Below, one piece after another: positions 49,716 to 63,078 of a stretch of 64,000 bases of DNA. Position 1 is the first letter of the stretch, and every line of letters starts with the position of its first letter. Source of the DNA: Haliotis cracherodii (Eukaryota); assembly GCF_022045235.1 (NCBI RefSeq), contig NW_027266297.1, positions 38,006,001-38,070,000 on the forward strand, in the 5' to 3' direction. The notes below the pieces were generated by a model. The model searched no databases, was not told the DNA's origin, and worked only from the letters and a program-made list of their open reading frames with translations. Position numbers and translations under genes: made by a program.

Positions 49716-50353
49716 TTAGTATTTTATTTATTACTTGCCATTTATAACTTTTTTAGAATTATACAGTTGAGTATGAATAGGCTGACACCTGCACGATCCA
49801 CGGCATAGTCCAATTGAGTTTAAAAGAATAATACTTCAAACACGTCAAAAGTTGAAACGACTATGAATTCCCAATTTAACAAAGTAAGGATAAACTGTTA
49901 CAAATTACCCTGTACATAGTGGACATGTATGCATGCCATGTTCTGGGAATGATAATGTGAACAATGCGCAGTTCAGAACTATAACAAAGAAAGATTATTC
50001 CTTTAACATATTTTTTTATTCTGGCATTTCTATATTTATAAAATCTCATGTGTGAAGTCAGCTGTAAAGACAGTTGGCAAGAGATTACTTGTGTATAAGT
50101 TCTTACACTGGAGTGAGTGAGTATGGTTTTATGCCGCTTTTAGCAATATTCTAACAATACCCATGTGGGGAATCAAACCCAGACCTCTCGGTAATGAGAA
50201 ACGACTTCACTACAAGGCTACCCAACAGCTCCCCCATTCAGTGGATGAGGATGGGTTTGTAAACCTTGTTGTAGAATACAATATACTGTAAATATCTAAA
50301 TATCATAGTCTATGCATTCAATAATCCAAATGAAATCACTTTCTTTTTATATA

Positions 50354-50480
50354 TACTACTCAAAAGAAGTTAAGGATCACCCGATTCTTTCATATTGGTA
50401 ATATTAATCTTTCATGGCATGAGAGATTAACTATTGTAATATGAAAGAATCAGGTGATCCTTAACTTCTTTTGAGTAGTA
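50354..50480. mobile_element. Tc1/mariner-type palindromic MITE
   Basis: TACTACTCAAAAGAAGTTAAGGATCACC TIRs, TA flanks. Confidence 0.88.
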
Positions 50481-51534
50481 TATTTGAATATGCTCAACCA
50501 TGTCAACAAATATTTCTACAAAATTTACTTTTTCTGGTGTCTTATTTAAATGATCCAATCATCTAAGTATATACAACTAGTTGTAAATAAATAAATATTG
50601 TGACTTACAAGCATGTGATGGGTCCAGCCCTTAAGAAAACAGTCACTTTTCAAGACGTATCTAACAAAAAACAAGTTAAATTGTTGACAAAAGGTGTGTT
50701 TGTATTATTAAATTATTTTAGACTGGGGTAAATATACCTGTACCGACATGCCTGTCATGTTTAGAAAAGATGAAATATTAAATAAGTAACTGAAATAACT
50801 AAAGATGAGTCCTACAAATTCAACAGTCACTTAACTAAATACAATCACAGTTCTTCCCCAACCAATCAAAATAATAACATACTACACCAACATGTTGAGA
50901 GTTTACCTTTAAAATTTAAACACAAAAATGAAGTATTTCTTGTTATAAAATTGATGCAAAATGTAAAAACAGGAACACTACTTCAGCACTTGGGACGAGT
51001 GAATGTTTCTTACTTCACTTCAATGCTAATAAACAGATAAAGTTGAGTAAGGAGTAAACAATTGAGCAGGTTCATATTCCTTTTTAAAGTAAATGTGTCT
51101 TCAGTTCTGCAGTTATGAATGTGAGATTCTAATCAAGAAGGTAGACTAAATACATTTGACAACACACACAAAATAAGTAGATCTCATTACACAGTACAGG
51201 TGTCCAAAAACAGCTCGACTGAACATGAGCCATAGATTTCACAACACTACTGATATGTCAAACCATTCACAACTTTAGTTCTCAGTGTTTCCAGCTATGT
51301 GGCTGTGCTGATGTCATGGGTGGTACAATTCCTTAAATAAGTGTTGCAGAAGAAAACCAAACAGTCAAACATGATTTAGCCCTGCTATAAAACAAAAGGA
51401 ACAGCAAATACCAGGTTCAGGAGATTAAACTGATCAATAATCCAAACTGTACTGATCGACAGGGCCAGGGCAGGATGACACCATATCAACCAAGTCACAG
51501 AGTCAGACCTCCTGATCTGTTTGGTCGCCTCTGA

Positions 51535-51696
51535 GTGTCTGAGTATGGTTTTACGCCGCCTTTAGCAATATTCAAGCAATATATCGGCAGGGGACACCAA
51601 AAATGGACTTCACACATTGTACCCATGTCGGGAATCGTAACCGGGTCTTCGGTGTGACGAGCGAACGCTTTAACCACTAGGCTACCCGACCGCCCC
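51535..51696 (-). mobile_element. tRNA-derived SINE, family 1, nested in a family 2 copy
   Basis: Full length, TSD TTGGTCGCCT(C/G)TGA. Confidence 0.9.
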
Positions 51697-54415
51697 TTGG
51701 TCGCCTGTGACCAGCATAGGTTGCTGGGGACAAAGTCTAACCTGGAATCACTACAGGGTGAAACAGTGGGGACACAGTGCAGATACAACTGACCCACAGT
51801 CACCTCATCCAAGACCTGTCATGATATTATCAAATAATCATGGTCATGTCAAACCTGTATGGCTAAGTATGCAAACAATCAATAGGAATGCTGTAAATTA
51901 TCATTTTCACTGAATGTACCTTGTAAGCTTTAAGTGAGAGGAAATCACAAAGTGATGAATCTATACCACCAGGTGCAGACAAACCAAGAATCGCCTTGGT
52001 CATATCCGGTGATCTTGGACCTGTGACATGAACAAAGGCCGCAACTCTGCACACTGACTTGGGGCACTTTAGTTCACTGGGTCACTTATGCCTTCATACA
52101 AGACTGAATACAAGATCCTCAACTGATGGTACATTGTAAATTCTCGTGTTTGTTCCATTTACCAACAGTGATGTCTATACAAAGACACATAATGTTTGTT
52201 TTTCTGTGAGTATTTTGAGACTTAAGGTTCATAAAAGAACTCATGATTCTGATTCACCAAAACATCTGCAAGCATCTGAACAGTTCATGTCTTGAATTTT
52301 GTAACCAAATTATTTTTACATAATAACACTATAGAATAGGTCTAGACATTTGTGCTGCAGTCTGTTGCACATGTCCAGTGTAGGTCTGGACCCAATAATC
52401 AACTAATTTACTCTGCCGACAGACCGAAATGTGATAGGTTGCCATGACAAACACTATTAATAGCTCCCCGGTACTCCAAGCAGTGTGAGGCTTTGTTCTC
52501 CGCTAAACACAAATAATTTTTTAACATTCCTGTCCCTATTGTTAAATTTAACAACAAATGAAAAAAGGTAATTTGAAATTATATTATTTTCATATCTTTA
52601 TGACCTATTTGTTTTACCAAACATATTAAAGGGCATAATTTTACTTTTGCTTAGTTCTCAAACCCAAGGTTTAGAGAAAAGATACCTGCAAAGTAATTTA
52701 AAAAAAGATGGCCTCAAGCCGAAACACTGTCTCTTGTATAATTAGGGTATTCATTTACCATTTGGTTCAGAATGATCTCAATTATGAATACCTGTTAAGA
52801 CTGAGAATTGCTTTGAAAAGTCATACATTTGTTATAAAATATGCTCACGGTGTCCAAAGTCCTGCTGGTCATATACATTTACGACTTTGGAGAAACTTGA
52901 TGAACATTGGAACGGTGTTGACAAGCCAAGGATAATAATAAGAATAAATCTGGGATTCCAACCAATTCTGGCCACAAAGGGACACAACTCTGCAGACTAC
53001 ACAGTATACAGGGAATGAGTTGGACATAATCATGATAACCAAACAAAATCATGTACCTGTATCTCCTCATACTCAAAAACGTTTAAACTAAATTGAACTC
53101 GGTTGAACAGAAAGTCAGACTACCTGATCACAGATATCAGACCTATACCTCAATGCACTATTCATTGTTACATATTAACATGATTAAGCGAAGTGTCCGA
53201 AACTAAGGGGTCCGAAGGTCCTTGAGGTTTGCTCCTATGGTATTTAAATCTAGGGATCTCTCAACTTTTGAACCATTAACTTCAGGGGTGTCCGACCCAT
53301 ATAAAGTAGAGTGCCAGGCAAGTAGTAAAATATAATCTAGTTGCCCTTGTGCAATTATGAAAATCGGTGGAGCTAACATCATGTGTTTGTCATCTGCAGA
53401 TGAACTACCTGACTAGTCATTTTTGTATTCTGCCATCTCCCATTAGCTGTTGCTTCCGTTAATGAAGTTTTTAAAAAAATTTAAAGTTAATACATTCTTT
53501 TCTCTGATTTACCAGGGCAAGTTGAAAATCAGGCTGGGCAAGTAAAATGTTAAAGTTTGGGTATGTGAACACCCCTGTCATTAACATTAGGGGTATGACA
53601 AAGACCCTTTGACTTCCATCTTGGGGTATCCCCAATACAGTGATCTGTTGGGACATAATTTCATGTGGTAATATCTCTCAAATATAATTCTTTATTATAT
53701 TTTTTCAAAATGATATACTGCCAAATATTGCCTACTGGCTTGCCAAATTATATGTAATCAGATGGTGGGTGCTGTTAAAAGGTGAAAAGTATCAAAATTC
53801 ATGTGGGTAGTTGTAGTATCTCTGACAAATCCATAGTTTCAAAAACAGTGCAGAAATCAGGCATGGGGTATTTTGATGTACATGTACTTGGTGAATGTCA
53901 CAACCATATGAAAGACAAAACATTTGAAGTGAACAAAACTTCTTATTATATTTATTTCATCATGGTCAGTTCAGTTTGATCAGTCTGTTTAGGCTTGGTT
54001 TGTCCTGAAATATTACTTTGTAATATAATTGTGGTAGCCATGGTTACTGGTAACAGTATCACAATGTTTGGCAATATATTGCAGTATCATGACAATTTCT
54101 AATTTCAGCATCAGGATATATAAGACGAAACAAATACTAGTTCTCTGAGGAATTGGATTTGTGGCTAGGAGGGGGTCACCATTACGGGGTCAAGATGGGA
54201 ATACATAGAGAGAAATAATTACACTCCTTGTCATGCCAATGTTCGCCATAACTGTTACAAAGAGATTTTATTTTCTGATGTCCTTGTACATGTCATATAT
54301 GACATTTCACCTGTACTGCTCTATCACTGACTGTTTACATGCTGTCTCAAACTGCATTAAGACATTTGCTTCTGTCCAACATGTTCAAAACTATTATCTA
54401 GCATGACTAGCATTA

Positions 54416-56131
54416 CTAGTAGTCAAACTGTTGCTCTATGTCACCAACATATTCACAGATATCATCATATCCAAGTTTCAGCACAATGTCTCGGTCACTA
54501 AGCAACTGCAGTAAAGCTTCACATTTTTCTTTGCTTCTTTTCACAACTTCTCCTATTTGACCCCTGTACTTTCCAGAGACTATCAAAGCATGTGCATGAT
54601 CATGTTTGGGAATAACAGTCTCAAGGCTTGACTGTGACAGTCCCTCCAGTACTCGCCCTTCCTCTGTCCGACATACACAGTTATCTTCACTGATAACATC
54701 CAGCACTATGACTTTTGACTTGTAATATTTGCCACTCTTAAACTTTTTATCAACAATTCGAACCCTAATGTCTGGCCTTGCCCACAAGAAAATACCATTT
54801 TCTGTGTACCCGTTTTCTCTTTTTGCTTTTTTATCCTCTGGCATATGCCTATGGGAACTTGAACTTTGTTTGACCGAAGTAGTTTCATCATCAGAGAAGT
54901 CTCTGCTGGATTTGTGTTTCCTCTTTCTGTCATGTTCCATGTGTTTTGAGCGCTCCACATCAGGGCTTGAGTATCTTACAAGCGGACTATTATCACCATG
55001 TTTTCTGTCATGTGGACTGCTACTGGGATCATGATGTTTTCTGTCATCATGTGGACTTCTACTGTGACCCCGGTGAGATTTCTTCCTTCTGCTTTTTTCA
55101 TGGGGACTTCTACTTCTAGATCTATGCTTGTCTTTTTTCTTCTTTTCCTGTTCTTTCTTATACTTATCAACTTTTCCCTTGTTGAGATACTTTGAAAACT
55201 TCTCGTAGTCTTTCTTTGACACAAGTTCAATTGAATACTGGGAAATTGTCACAATTTTGCCACTAAGTGTTAATTTCACCATAGTCCTTGCATTGTCATC
55301 ATCTAAACCTTCAATAACTCCATACATATCTCTGCTAGTGCCTTTAGTTATTAAGCAAAATGCACCCTTCTTCAACTCAAGTTCGTCATCTTTAGCATGA
55401 CCCTTTTCAGAGACCGCACCATTTTTCTTCTGTAATGTTTTACTTTTATCTGCACCAAGCCCAAGTCCTTTAGGCCTTAATATTGCCTCGGGTGGTGGGA
55501 CCAGTTCCTTGTTTTTACCAATGCCCTCGCCATCCTTCCACCCCATACCTCTCAACATCGCAAACCCAAACTGGTCTATTGGTATTTGTTCATAGTCAGC
55601 ATCTTCTGGACCATCCGGCCTCAGTGACACATCAAGTTTATCATCTGTTTCAAAACCTTCGGGAACCTTATTACGAACAAGTAAAGGAACGCTTAAACTT
55701 GGATCCGGCTGCCCGCGCCCCTCCCAGTTTTGATTTTCAAGTGCAGTTGCTTCTATAATTTCTCTTGTCGCCTGTTCTATCAGAGTCAGGTTTCCTTTCT
55801 CTGCTTTGGGTGCAATGTCGGGTGCAATGCCTTTGCTGTCGTTTGTGTTTGTCTTATCACATTCTTCCTTTACCTGGTCTTTCTTCTCCAAAAACTGAGT
55901 TCTCCAGTTATTGCTCTTTATCAACGGAATAACAAATGCCTTCGGAGCTGTATCTTTTGGTTTTGAGCTTTTGACTTCCTTACCCTCGAACGAGTACACA
56001 AAATCTGTTTCTTCCTCCTTTTTCTTTTCTGAATCGCTGGCAACCGAATTTTGTAATTTTTTGCTGTCAATTTTCTTGGCAAAACCAAAAGAAAAACCTC
56101 CCTTCTTCGCATTGGTTTCGTCGTCCGCCAT
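54416..56131 (-). CDS. GPKOW: G-patch and KOW motif-containing protein (Spp2/MOS2-like splicing factor), intronless CDS, 571 aa
   Basis: FSFGF N-terminus, LVIPL-like FVIPL motif, G-patch FGFAMLRGMGWK...RPKGLGLGA, a central KOW, and C-terminal KIN17-like KOW repeats (LETVIPK, YDDICEY). Confidence 0.95.
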   Translation of the reverse strand: MADDETNAKKGGFSFGFAKKIDSKKLQNSVASDSEKKKEEETDFVYSFEGKEVKSSKPKDTAPKAFVIPLIKSNNWRTQFLEKKDQVKEECDKTNTNDSKGIAPDIAPKAEKGNLTLIEQATREIIEATALENQNWEGRGQPDPSLSVPLLVRNKVPEGFETDDKLDVSLRPDGPEDADYEQIPIDQFGFAMLRGMGWKDGEGIGKNKELVPPPEAILRPKGLGLGADKSKTLQKKNGAVSEKGHAKDDELELKKGAFCLITKGTSRDMYGVIEGLDDDNARTMVKLTLSGKIVTISQYSIELVSKKDYEKFSKYLNKGKVDKYKKEQEKKKKDKHRSRSRSPHEKSRRKKSHRGHSRSPHDDRKHHDPSSSPHDRKHGDNSPLVRYSSPDVERSKHMEHDRKRKHKSSRDFSDDETTSVKQSSSSHRHMPEDKKAKRENGYTENGIFLWARPDIRVRIVDKKFKSGKYYKSKVIVLDVISEDNCVCRTEEGRVLEGLSQSSLETVIPKHDHAHALIVSGKYRGQIGEVVKRSKEKCEALLQLLSDRDIVLKLGYDDICEYVGDIEQQFDY

Positions 56132-57150
56132 TTTGAGTAACTCACTGAACCAACTTCCTGTTAAACTCGTTTACCCGCTATATGGTATCGTAATGAGGTG
56201 CACGGTGTTCGGTTAAAAGAGTTGTCATACTCAAACAGTAGCCAACAAAGCGTTATCCCTACGTCAGGCGGGATTTGCTTACGAATTCTAACATGACTTT
56301 GTAAAATACTCGATTTTAATTTTGGTCAATCAGAGGTTTCAAATTATGATAATCACCTCTAATATAATAATCACAACTAATATGTATGTGTAAGGGAGAC
56401 TCGAATAGTAATATAGTATCAGAGACCATAATATATGGTCTCTGATAGTGCGTAGGCATTTTGAAAATCATCAATTGTATAAAAATTGGTTACAAATGCA
56501 TAGATCTATATTTTGGGCAGAAAACACGACTGAAGTCGACAGAATGTTTATGAAGTTCTGAGAAGCACAGAGAGCTTGGTGCTCTTCTATTCGCTTGTGA
56601 CGTCATATCTTTTGAGTCACATTGAGTGGTGCGACGTCTCTTTCCGTTTTTTACTATCTTGTGTGTGAATTCATTGAGGGTTCAGTTCATGTTAGTTTAG
56701 TAAATAGCTGTGTCACACATCTTCACATAAGTAAACAAAGGAGAACTGGTGAAAAGGGCCACATGAATATATAAAGCATAACTAGTGTTACTTTCTATGT
56801 GTTTTCACCTATTTCATTAATCCAAAGTATTTACAATATACTTTGATGAATAATGAAACCTGTTGTGTTGTCAAAAGGGGCACACATAAATCTGACAAAA
56901 AGCCTAGCTTAGTAAAAAGGTTTGACCCTATTGACTATAACCCAAACCAGTATATATTACTGGGCGGTTAAAGCAACAGGTCACCTATTTTTACATTGGA
57001 AAAGCAGTATGTGTATGATACTATCTCCTAATTCCACCGATGACATGTATGAACCGATGATGGCGACACTTAATATAAATACAAATAATTTTTTAAAATA
57101 TTTATAATGTACGTCTGATTTGAGTATATTAAATAGTAAAAGTAATAGTT

Positions 57151-57152
57151 CA

Positions 57153-57195
<43 letters not shown>
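57151..57195. repeat. (CACG)n microsatellite
   Basis: About 11 perfect units. Confidence 0.95.
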
Positions 57196-57197
<2 letters not shown>

Positions 57198-57329
57198 ATA
57201 AAACAAATTATATGGTGACTCAAATAATTACGAGACAACATAAGATAACACTGTATTATCCAGAAGGACGTTTGGGTTACACCAGCACAAGGTCTCAGCT
57301 TATTGATAAACACACATACAAGTAAATAA

Positions 57330-57470
57330 CAGCATCCGGGTCCTTAATGTTCTCAACATCGGCAATCGTAGTTGGCGGCCAGAAGGAAGAAGTTGATACT
57401 CCGAATGTAAAACATGCGAGATATCGCTTAATATTTGATTTGATTTATTAACTACTTGCTGTTCATATAT
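57330..57470 (-). pseudogene. Non-LTR retrotransposon (Rex1/Babar-like) ORF2 C-terminal fragment
   Basis: ILSDISHVLHSEYQLLPSGRQLRLPMLRT resembles the I..D.SHPLH.EF.LLPSGRR terminal motif. Confidence 0.6.
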
Positions 57471-58951
57471 ACTGCCAATGTCTGGATAGATATGCCAATG
57501 ATTCCATATGTCCTTAGGACAGCCGGGTGTGACAACACATATTTTTGGAATTAAGGTCTTGTCGGAAATGCCTGTGCAATAGAGTCCCTTGAAATAAGTC
57601 AAATTACAAGCTTCTCGTATGCAGTTTACAAAGGTTATACCATAAGGACCCCCCCCCACACACACACACACCCAACCAACCCAACCCAACCCACCCCGGC
57701 CTTTCTTTGTCTGCCCAGGGTCTGCTCTTTCCACAGATACCACATTGTTAGGGGTTTGCGACATTGTCTTGAGGTATAAGGGTTACAGATAGACAGTTAA
57801 AAATCAGCGAAATTGTTTTTTTTCATAACTTCAAACGGCTATAAAGACGGTATTTTTGTAGTTTTGATTTATTTGAGTGATACTGTCGAATGCACATTTC
57901 CAAGAGCTTTCCATATGTCCATAACACGTGGCATGGTTTCCAAAAAGGGTCATGTGACCAGCCTCTAAAGTATTATGGTGTTGAAGAGCTAAAAAAGACA
58001 ATCTGAAATAAAAAACTCTTCATGACGAGAAATACTAACTGGAGAATAACTGAAGAAAATCCGCTCCGAAACTATTGTCACACTGGAGCTGAATGATCGT
58101 GGATGTATTTCACGCTACCTTTGACTATGTTACTATATAGCCACGAGTAGCCGACTAATACTGGTATTAATGTATTATTCCTACAGAATACCTACATGTG
58201 CATATATATCCTTGGTATATGTTTGTCTCTGATTCAACGAGTTCATTTTGAGCATGGTAATTGTTCTTCGACCACGTGATATCATTTTACCCCCAGAAAT
58301 ATAAAACAAATAGCTTACATACTGTAATGATAAACACTTTACAAAAACACCATGGAAAAAAATGTCATTTATATGTAATATGTAGAACCATTCCTTCATA
58401 AATTTATCAATATTCTATCTACTACTATTTTTTTAAATAATAATATGTCCATATATGTAATTAAAATATGCCCATGAAATTACGAATGTTAAAATATGAG
58501 CGTAATTCTTTTCAGTATACATGTGGCCTTTATTTATTCATGAATAAACGTCTTTATAACTATGCGATAATTGCTGTATAGCAATTGTTATACACATTTT
58601 GTAATGTTATGATATATCAAATATGTACGTTGCAGAATATAGTAAGCACCTCATGTTACAAGACGACACAATCCATCTCAATCATTTATTTAAAAAGATC
58701 CGTTTTATTTTTAGATTTTTTTCCCTTTAGGATTCTATATACATTGAGTTTTTTTGTGAGTTCGTTTTTGGCATAGATCCATTTTAACAATAGCTCATTT
58801 ATGGGGTTATACATCCGTGAATCGGTTCACACAAAAATTGAATGAGATAATTTTCTATTTTGTTTAGCTGTGGGTCCCCGAGTAAGAAATGTGAACCTAT
58901 TCTCTGATTAAATTTCGAGCCGTGTCAAAACATTGCACCGCGCCATCTATA

Positions 58952-58992
58952 AGGTCACGTGACCTATCTAAACACAACAGGCAAGATGGCGG
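58952..58992 (+). promoter_or_regulatory. Promoter elements of unidentified gene: palindromic E-box/CLEAR-type site and YY1-type start motif
   Basis: Perfect 14-bp palindrome AGGTCACGTGACCT (58952-58965). CAAGATGGCGG overlaps the ATG. Confidence 0.6.
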
Positions 58993-59004
58993 ACTCAGTT
59001 GCAG
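58986..59004 (+). CDS. Unidentified gene, exon 1 (MADSVA)
   Basis: AAGATGGCGG start and CAG|GTAGGT donor, phase 1. Confidence 0.65.
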
Positions 59005-59978
59005 GTAGGTTTGCCGGGAAAAAAGTTGAGAAATCAGATGATAACAACAATAAAATGAAAGCATGCATGTCATAAATTAATATTGTAATAAAGTAATTCC
59101 AAGAAACTGTGTATCACTACAAAATCTATCTTCAAAATCACGAATAAAGCATTCGATACTGAAACAAGTGCTCACTCAAAAATCTCGTGCATCCAACTTG
59201 ATCAAGATTTTGGTCGTCGAAAAAGAGGACCATCTCGGTCTTATCATAACGGTAAATAACTGTTATTTTTTCATCAGTTTATGTCAAACTGAACATGTTA
59301 AGTAGGGATGGAGTTGATTGATTGTCAGTGTGATATCTGTGCAAATATTGATGTTGGAAGACGTCTAATCTGCGGATCTGACAATGCATGGAATCCAAAT
59401 AAAGCGGCTTTGGAATGCGATGGTACTTGTGCATTCGATTCTCCAGTATGAATGCACCGGAACTATCTTGTCCAAAGTACTTGTAATTAAGATGCCAACT
59501 TAGAAAAAATAGGGAACACACCATTGACTGTTAGTGTAAATTCAAGTTTTAGTATTTCAGACAGACCTAGATCTACAGTATATTCTAATTTCTAGTCATA
59601 AAGGCCCATGTGAGAGTGAGTGTACTCATTGATATTTCTTGCTTTCTTTGTTATTTAATGATTAACGGGTTTGTCAGTGTGACTTATTAGGGTTGCACCT
59701 TTTTTAACAAGTATATTTGAATATATGCATGGTCATTCATTAGTGTAAGGATATGGATGATTTGTATTGTTTGACTTCATGCTCATGAGGACCTCCAGGG
59801 TTTTACCTTGACTTGCAAAAGTGGGTATCCAGGGGACCCCCGACAATCAGCATTAAGGGGCTTAGCATCTGTTAATCATGTTTATTCCTTTTGGCATGCT
59901 AATGAAGGTGTTTGGTATGTTCAGTTTGAATGCAGTGTGTTGTCTTGCATATGTGATGAAACATAATGATATTTTCAG

Positions 59979-60028
59979 ATTCAACAAAAAGTGAAGATAG
60001 TGAAAACAATACAGAGGGTACTGAGAGG
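59979..60028 (+). CDS. Unidentified gene, exon 2 (DSTKSEDSENNTEGTER)
   Basis: TTTTCAG acceptor, GTGAGT donor, 50 nt, phase-compatible with exon 1. Confidence 0.6.
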
Positions 60029-60316
60029 GTGAGTAAAATTGAATTGAGTCACCAATAGCATGGACCTGTGTTCATGGAACATGTCAAGGGTGGTCCCAGC
60101 GATAACTTACAGGACCACAACCATGGTCCAGTGGATAGAGTGGTTGCCTGGAGAGTGGGAGGTTGGTGGTTCAATCGCCTTACCACATCATACCAAAACA
60201 CAATAAAAGATGGTATTTAATACAGCGTTAGAAACTAACATTTTTGGTCCACAAGTACTTATAATGATAACACATAGCAAAACCCTTAAAAAGGGCAAAT
60301 TTCTACTAGTCCTTAG

Positions 60317-60486
60317 GCCCCGATTATGTTTCTAGGTTTGTCAGCACCATACCCGTGCTCGTGGGTTTCACCGAAGTGGTAAACGTCTCAGACCTGCATC
60401 ACTTCGGGCTTTCCTCCCACATTAAGCTGACACGCCGCATTATAACTGGAATACTGTTAAAAGCGGCGTTAAAGTAAACTCACTCA
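60317..60486 (+). mobile_element. SINE family 3, 5'-truncated, recent
   Basis: Perfect 14-bp TSD CTACTAGTCCTTAG (60303-60316 and 60487-60500). Confidence 0.92.
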
Positions 60487-62389
60487 CTACTAGTCCTTAG
60501 AATACCTTAACTATTGGGCAGGTTGGCAAGGACTATAGCATGTATACAGCGATAGAAACTAACTGTTTTAGTCTACTAGTCCTAATAATGATAACATATA
60601 GCAAAACGGCTATGGCAAATTACTACCAGTCCTTATGATACCTTAACTATTGGGCAGTTTGGCAAGGACTCAAGGACTAGTGCCAATTTCTAAAGCTGTA
60701 TAGGACTAGTGCTAATTTCAAATACTGTATTTGTTGTTATCCTGCCAGGCGCTCAGCATTAAAACAAGGACTGGACGGCTTGGAGTCCATATCATGTTAC
60801 TGACTGGGTGTCCATGTTAAACTGTTGCATGTTATCTCAGTGGGATAGCACTATAAAACCATCACTAGTCCAAACAGTCTCACTCACATGCATGCACTCT
60901 CACTTCCGGTGTATAATGGTAAAGAAATTTTGAACAGAACGTTAAGCCTCATTTCACCTAACATTGATTATTTATAGGCTGCCATGATATAGCTTGAATA
61001 CTGCTGACTGCAGTCTAGAACGTATTCACTTTAATTGTAATCAACATTGAAGTGCTAAGCCTTTGCCTGACAAAGCATACATTTATTGTTTTAAACACTA
61101 TTCGGTGTTTGAGGGGTTTGATTGTCATCAACATGATCAGTTTGTCACATTGCACCAAACAGCCCGGATTTCTAGCAACGAAATACATTAAGTGAACCAA
61201 TACAGTAGTCTCAATATGAAACAAATTTGACGGTGGGCGAGAGAAAGACCCTGTGCAGCATGCAGACAACAGAAGTCATGACATGTAAGATTGAACACCC
61301 TTTCCTCACCTGCACCAGTGGCTCAGTGGGAAAAAAGTGGGTTACAAAACTTAACACGTGTGTGGTTTCAGGTATGATTCACATCAGGGTCTTTTGCATG
61401 TTGAACAACAATGACGTTTAACCAGTCAAAAACTAACATAAGATGCATTATTAAAATGATGTTTATAAACCTTGGGTGATGTAACACCATGCCGTGAGAC
61501 ATACTTCAAAATGTAATAAACATCAAAGGCAGGCAAGATCCGGCAAGTCCGGGCCTACTGATGGAAAGCCCCAGGCATTCTGTATGAATGCCCAGGATTT
61601 CAAAGATTTTGACTACTGGTGAGGTTTATTATCACAAAAGGTTCATAAGAAATGTTCCTGGTTTAGGATACATTTTGGGGTTAAATACATTGGTTGGGAA
61701 TATCAGAACAGAGCTACAGATGAGCTAGAAATAGAAACTAACAGGTTTAGTCCACTAGTCCTTATAATGATAACATATAGCCTTAAAAATGGCAAATTTC
61801 TACTAGTCCTTAGGATACCTTAACTTTTGGGCAGTTTGGCATGGACTACAGGACTAGTGCCAATTTCGAACACTGTAAGCTGTGTATTTGGGTAAAGTAC
61901 CCCCCAAAAATATTCAAAACCCAAATCCTTTCAATCAACTTGCATTATACAGAAATGCATGTATTAAATGAAAAACTCAAATGTATAAAAACAGCACGCG
62001 CAAATACCCAATGAAGCTTTTTCAGCATACATACAACAGCTCATTTCCAAAACACAATTACAAGCAAATTTACTTTCCGGCCTATATTTAGAACCATTAT
62101 ATACATCTAAAACATGATTTCATTTTTTTTAAAAATCTCAGAATGCTTACTCATTTTGGGAAAAACCCAATAGCGTGATGAATAGATGAGTGAAACAATA
62201 TTGCTTACCTAATTAAATATGTTATAACCCAATTTAGAATAGAAACCATCGAGTGAAAACTCAATTGCTCAAAAAGTTATCTGGAGCTCTGTCAGAAAGA
62301 AAAGTCATGGGGCATGGTGCAATGAATTAATGTGATCAGTGTAATTAGTAGAACTTGACTACATTTGTTCTTTTCATGATTGTTTGCAG

Positions 62390-62426
62390 GTATCAACATC
62401 AACTGAAGGCCCAGCGGGAGCTGCAG
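62390..62426 (+). CDS. Unidentified gene, probable exon 3 (VSTSTEGPAGAA)
   Basis: TGTTTGCAG acceptor, GTTAGT donor, phase-compatible with exon 2. Confidence 0.5.
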
Positions 62427-62509
62427 GTTAGTCAGCATTGTTTGCCTTGCAAGAGCCTTGGGTAGCTCAGTAGGGAAAGCATAGCTCATCAGGACAGACA
62501 TCTGGATTT

Positions 62510-63078
62510 GATTCCCCCTTATGTGAAACCTTCCATGGACATTTGTTTGCGTGACTTATAACTTGAAAACTACTTCATAGATTCTTTTCAAACTTGGTGA
62601 ACACTTTTTATACTTATAGGAGAGGTGCAGTGCAAAGTTTGATTTAAATATTTGGATTTTCTGAAAAAACACAGATTTTTTAAAAAATTTTTACTTAAAC
62701 ATTTGTGTGCCCTATGACTTGAAAACTAGTACATAGATTTTTTTTCAAATTTAGGGAACAGTTTCCATACTAATAGAAGAGGTGCAGTTCAAAGTTTGAA
62801 TGTGATATGTGTATTTTCTGACAAAATATGATGTTTTTAATATTGTGAAGTCAGAATATATTTGTTTACTTCAACATTTGTGCAACCTGTGACTTGAAAA
62901 CTACTTCATAGATTCTTTTCCAATTGGGGTTACAGATTCTATAGCAATAGGAGAGGTGCAGTCCAAAGTTATATTTCTATGGGTGGATTTTCTAAGAAAT
63001 TTTTCATTTTTCATGTTTTGAACTTAGAAAGTCAAAGTCGGGGGTATTAGTGAGCCCTGCTCACTTTTTGTCTTGTTT
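62510..63078 (+). mobile_element. Helentron/Helitron-like non-autonomous element with about 3 diverged internal repeats (about 165-175 bp)
   Basis: Repeated ACTTGAAAACTACTTCATAGATT...GAGAGGTGCAGT units ending GGGGGTATT-AGTGAGCCCTGCTCACT hairpin-CTTGTT. Confidence 0.65.
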
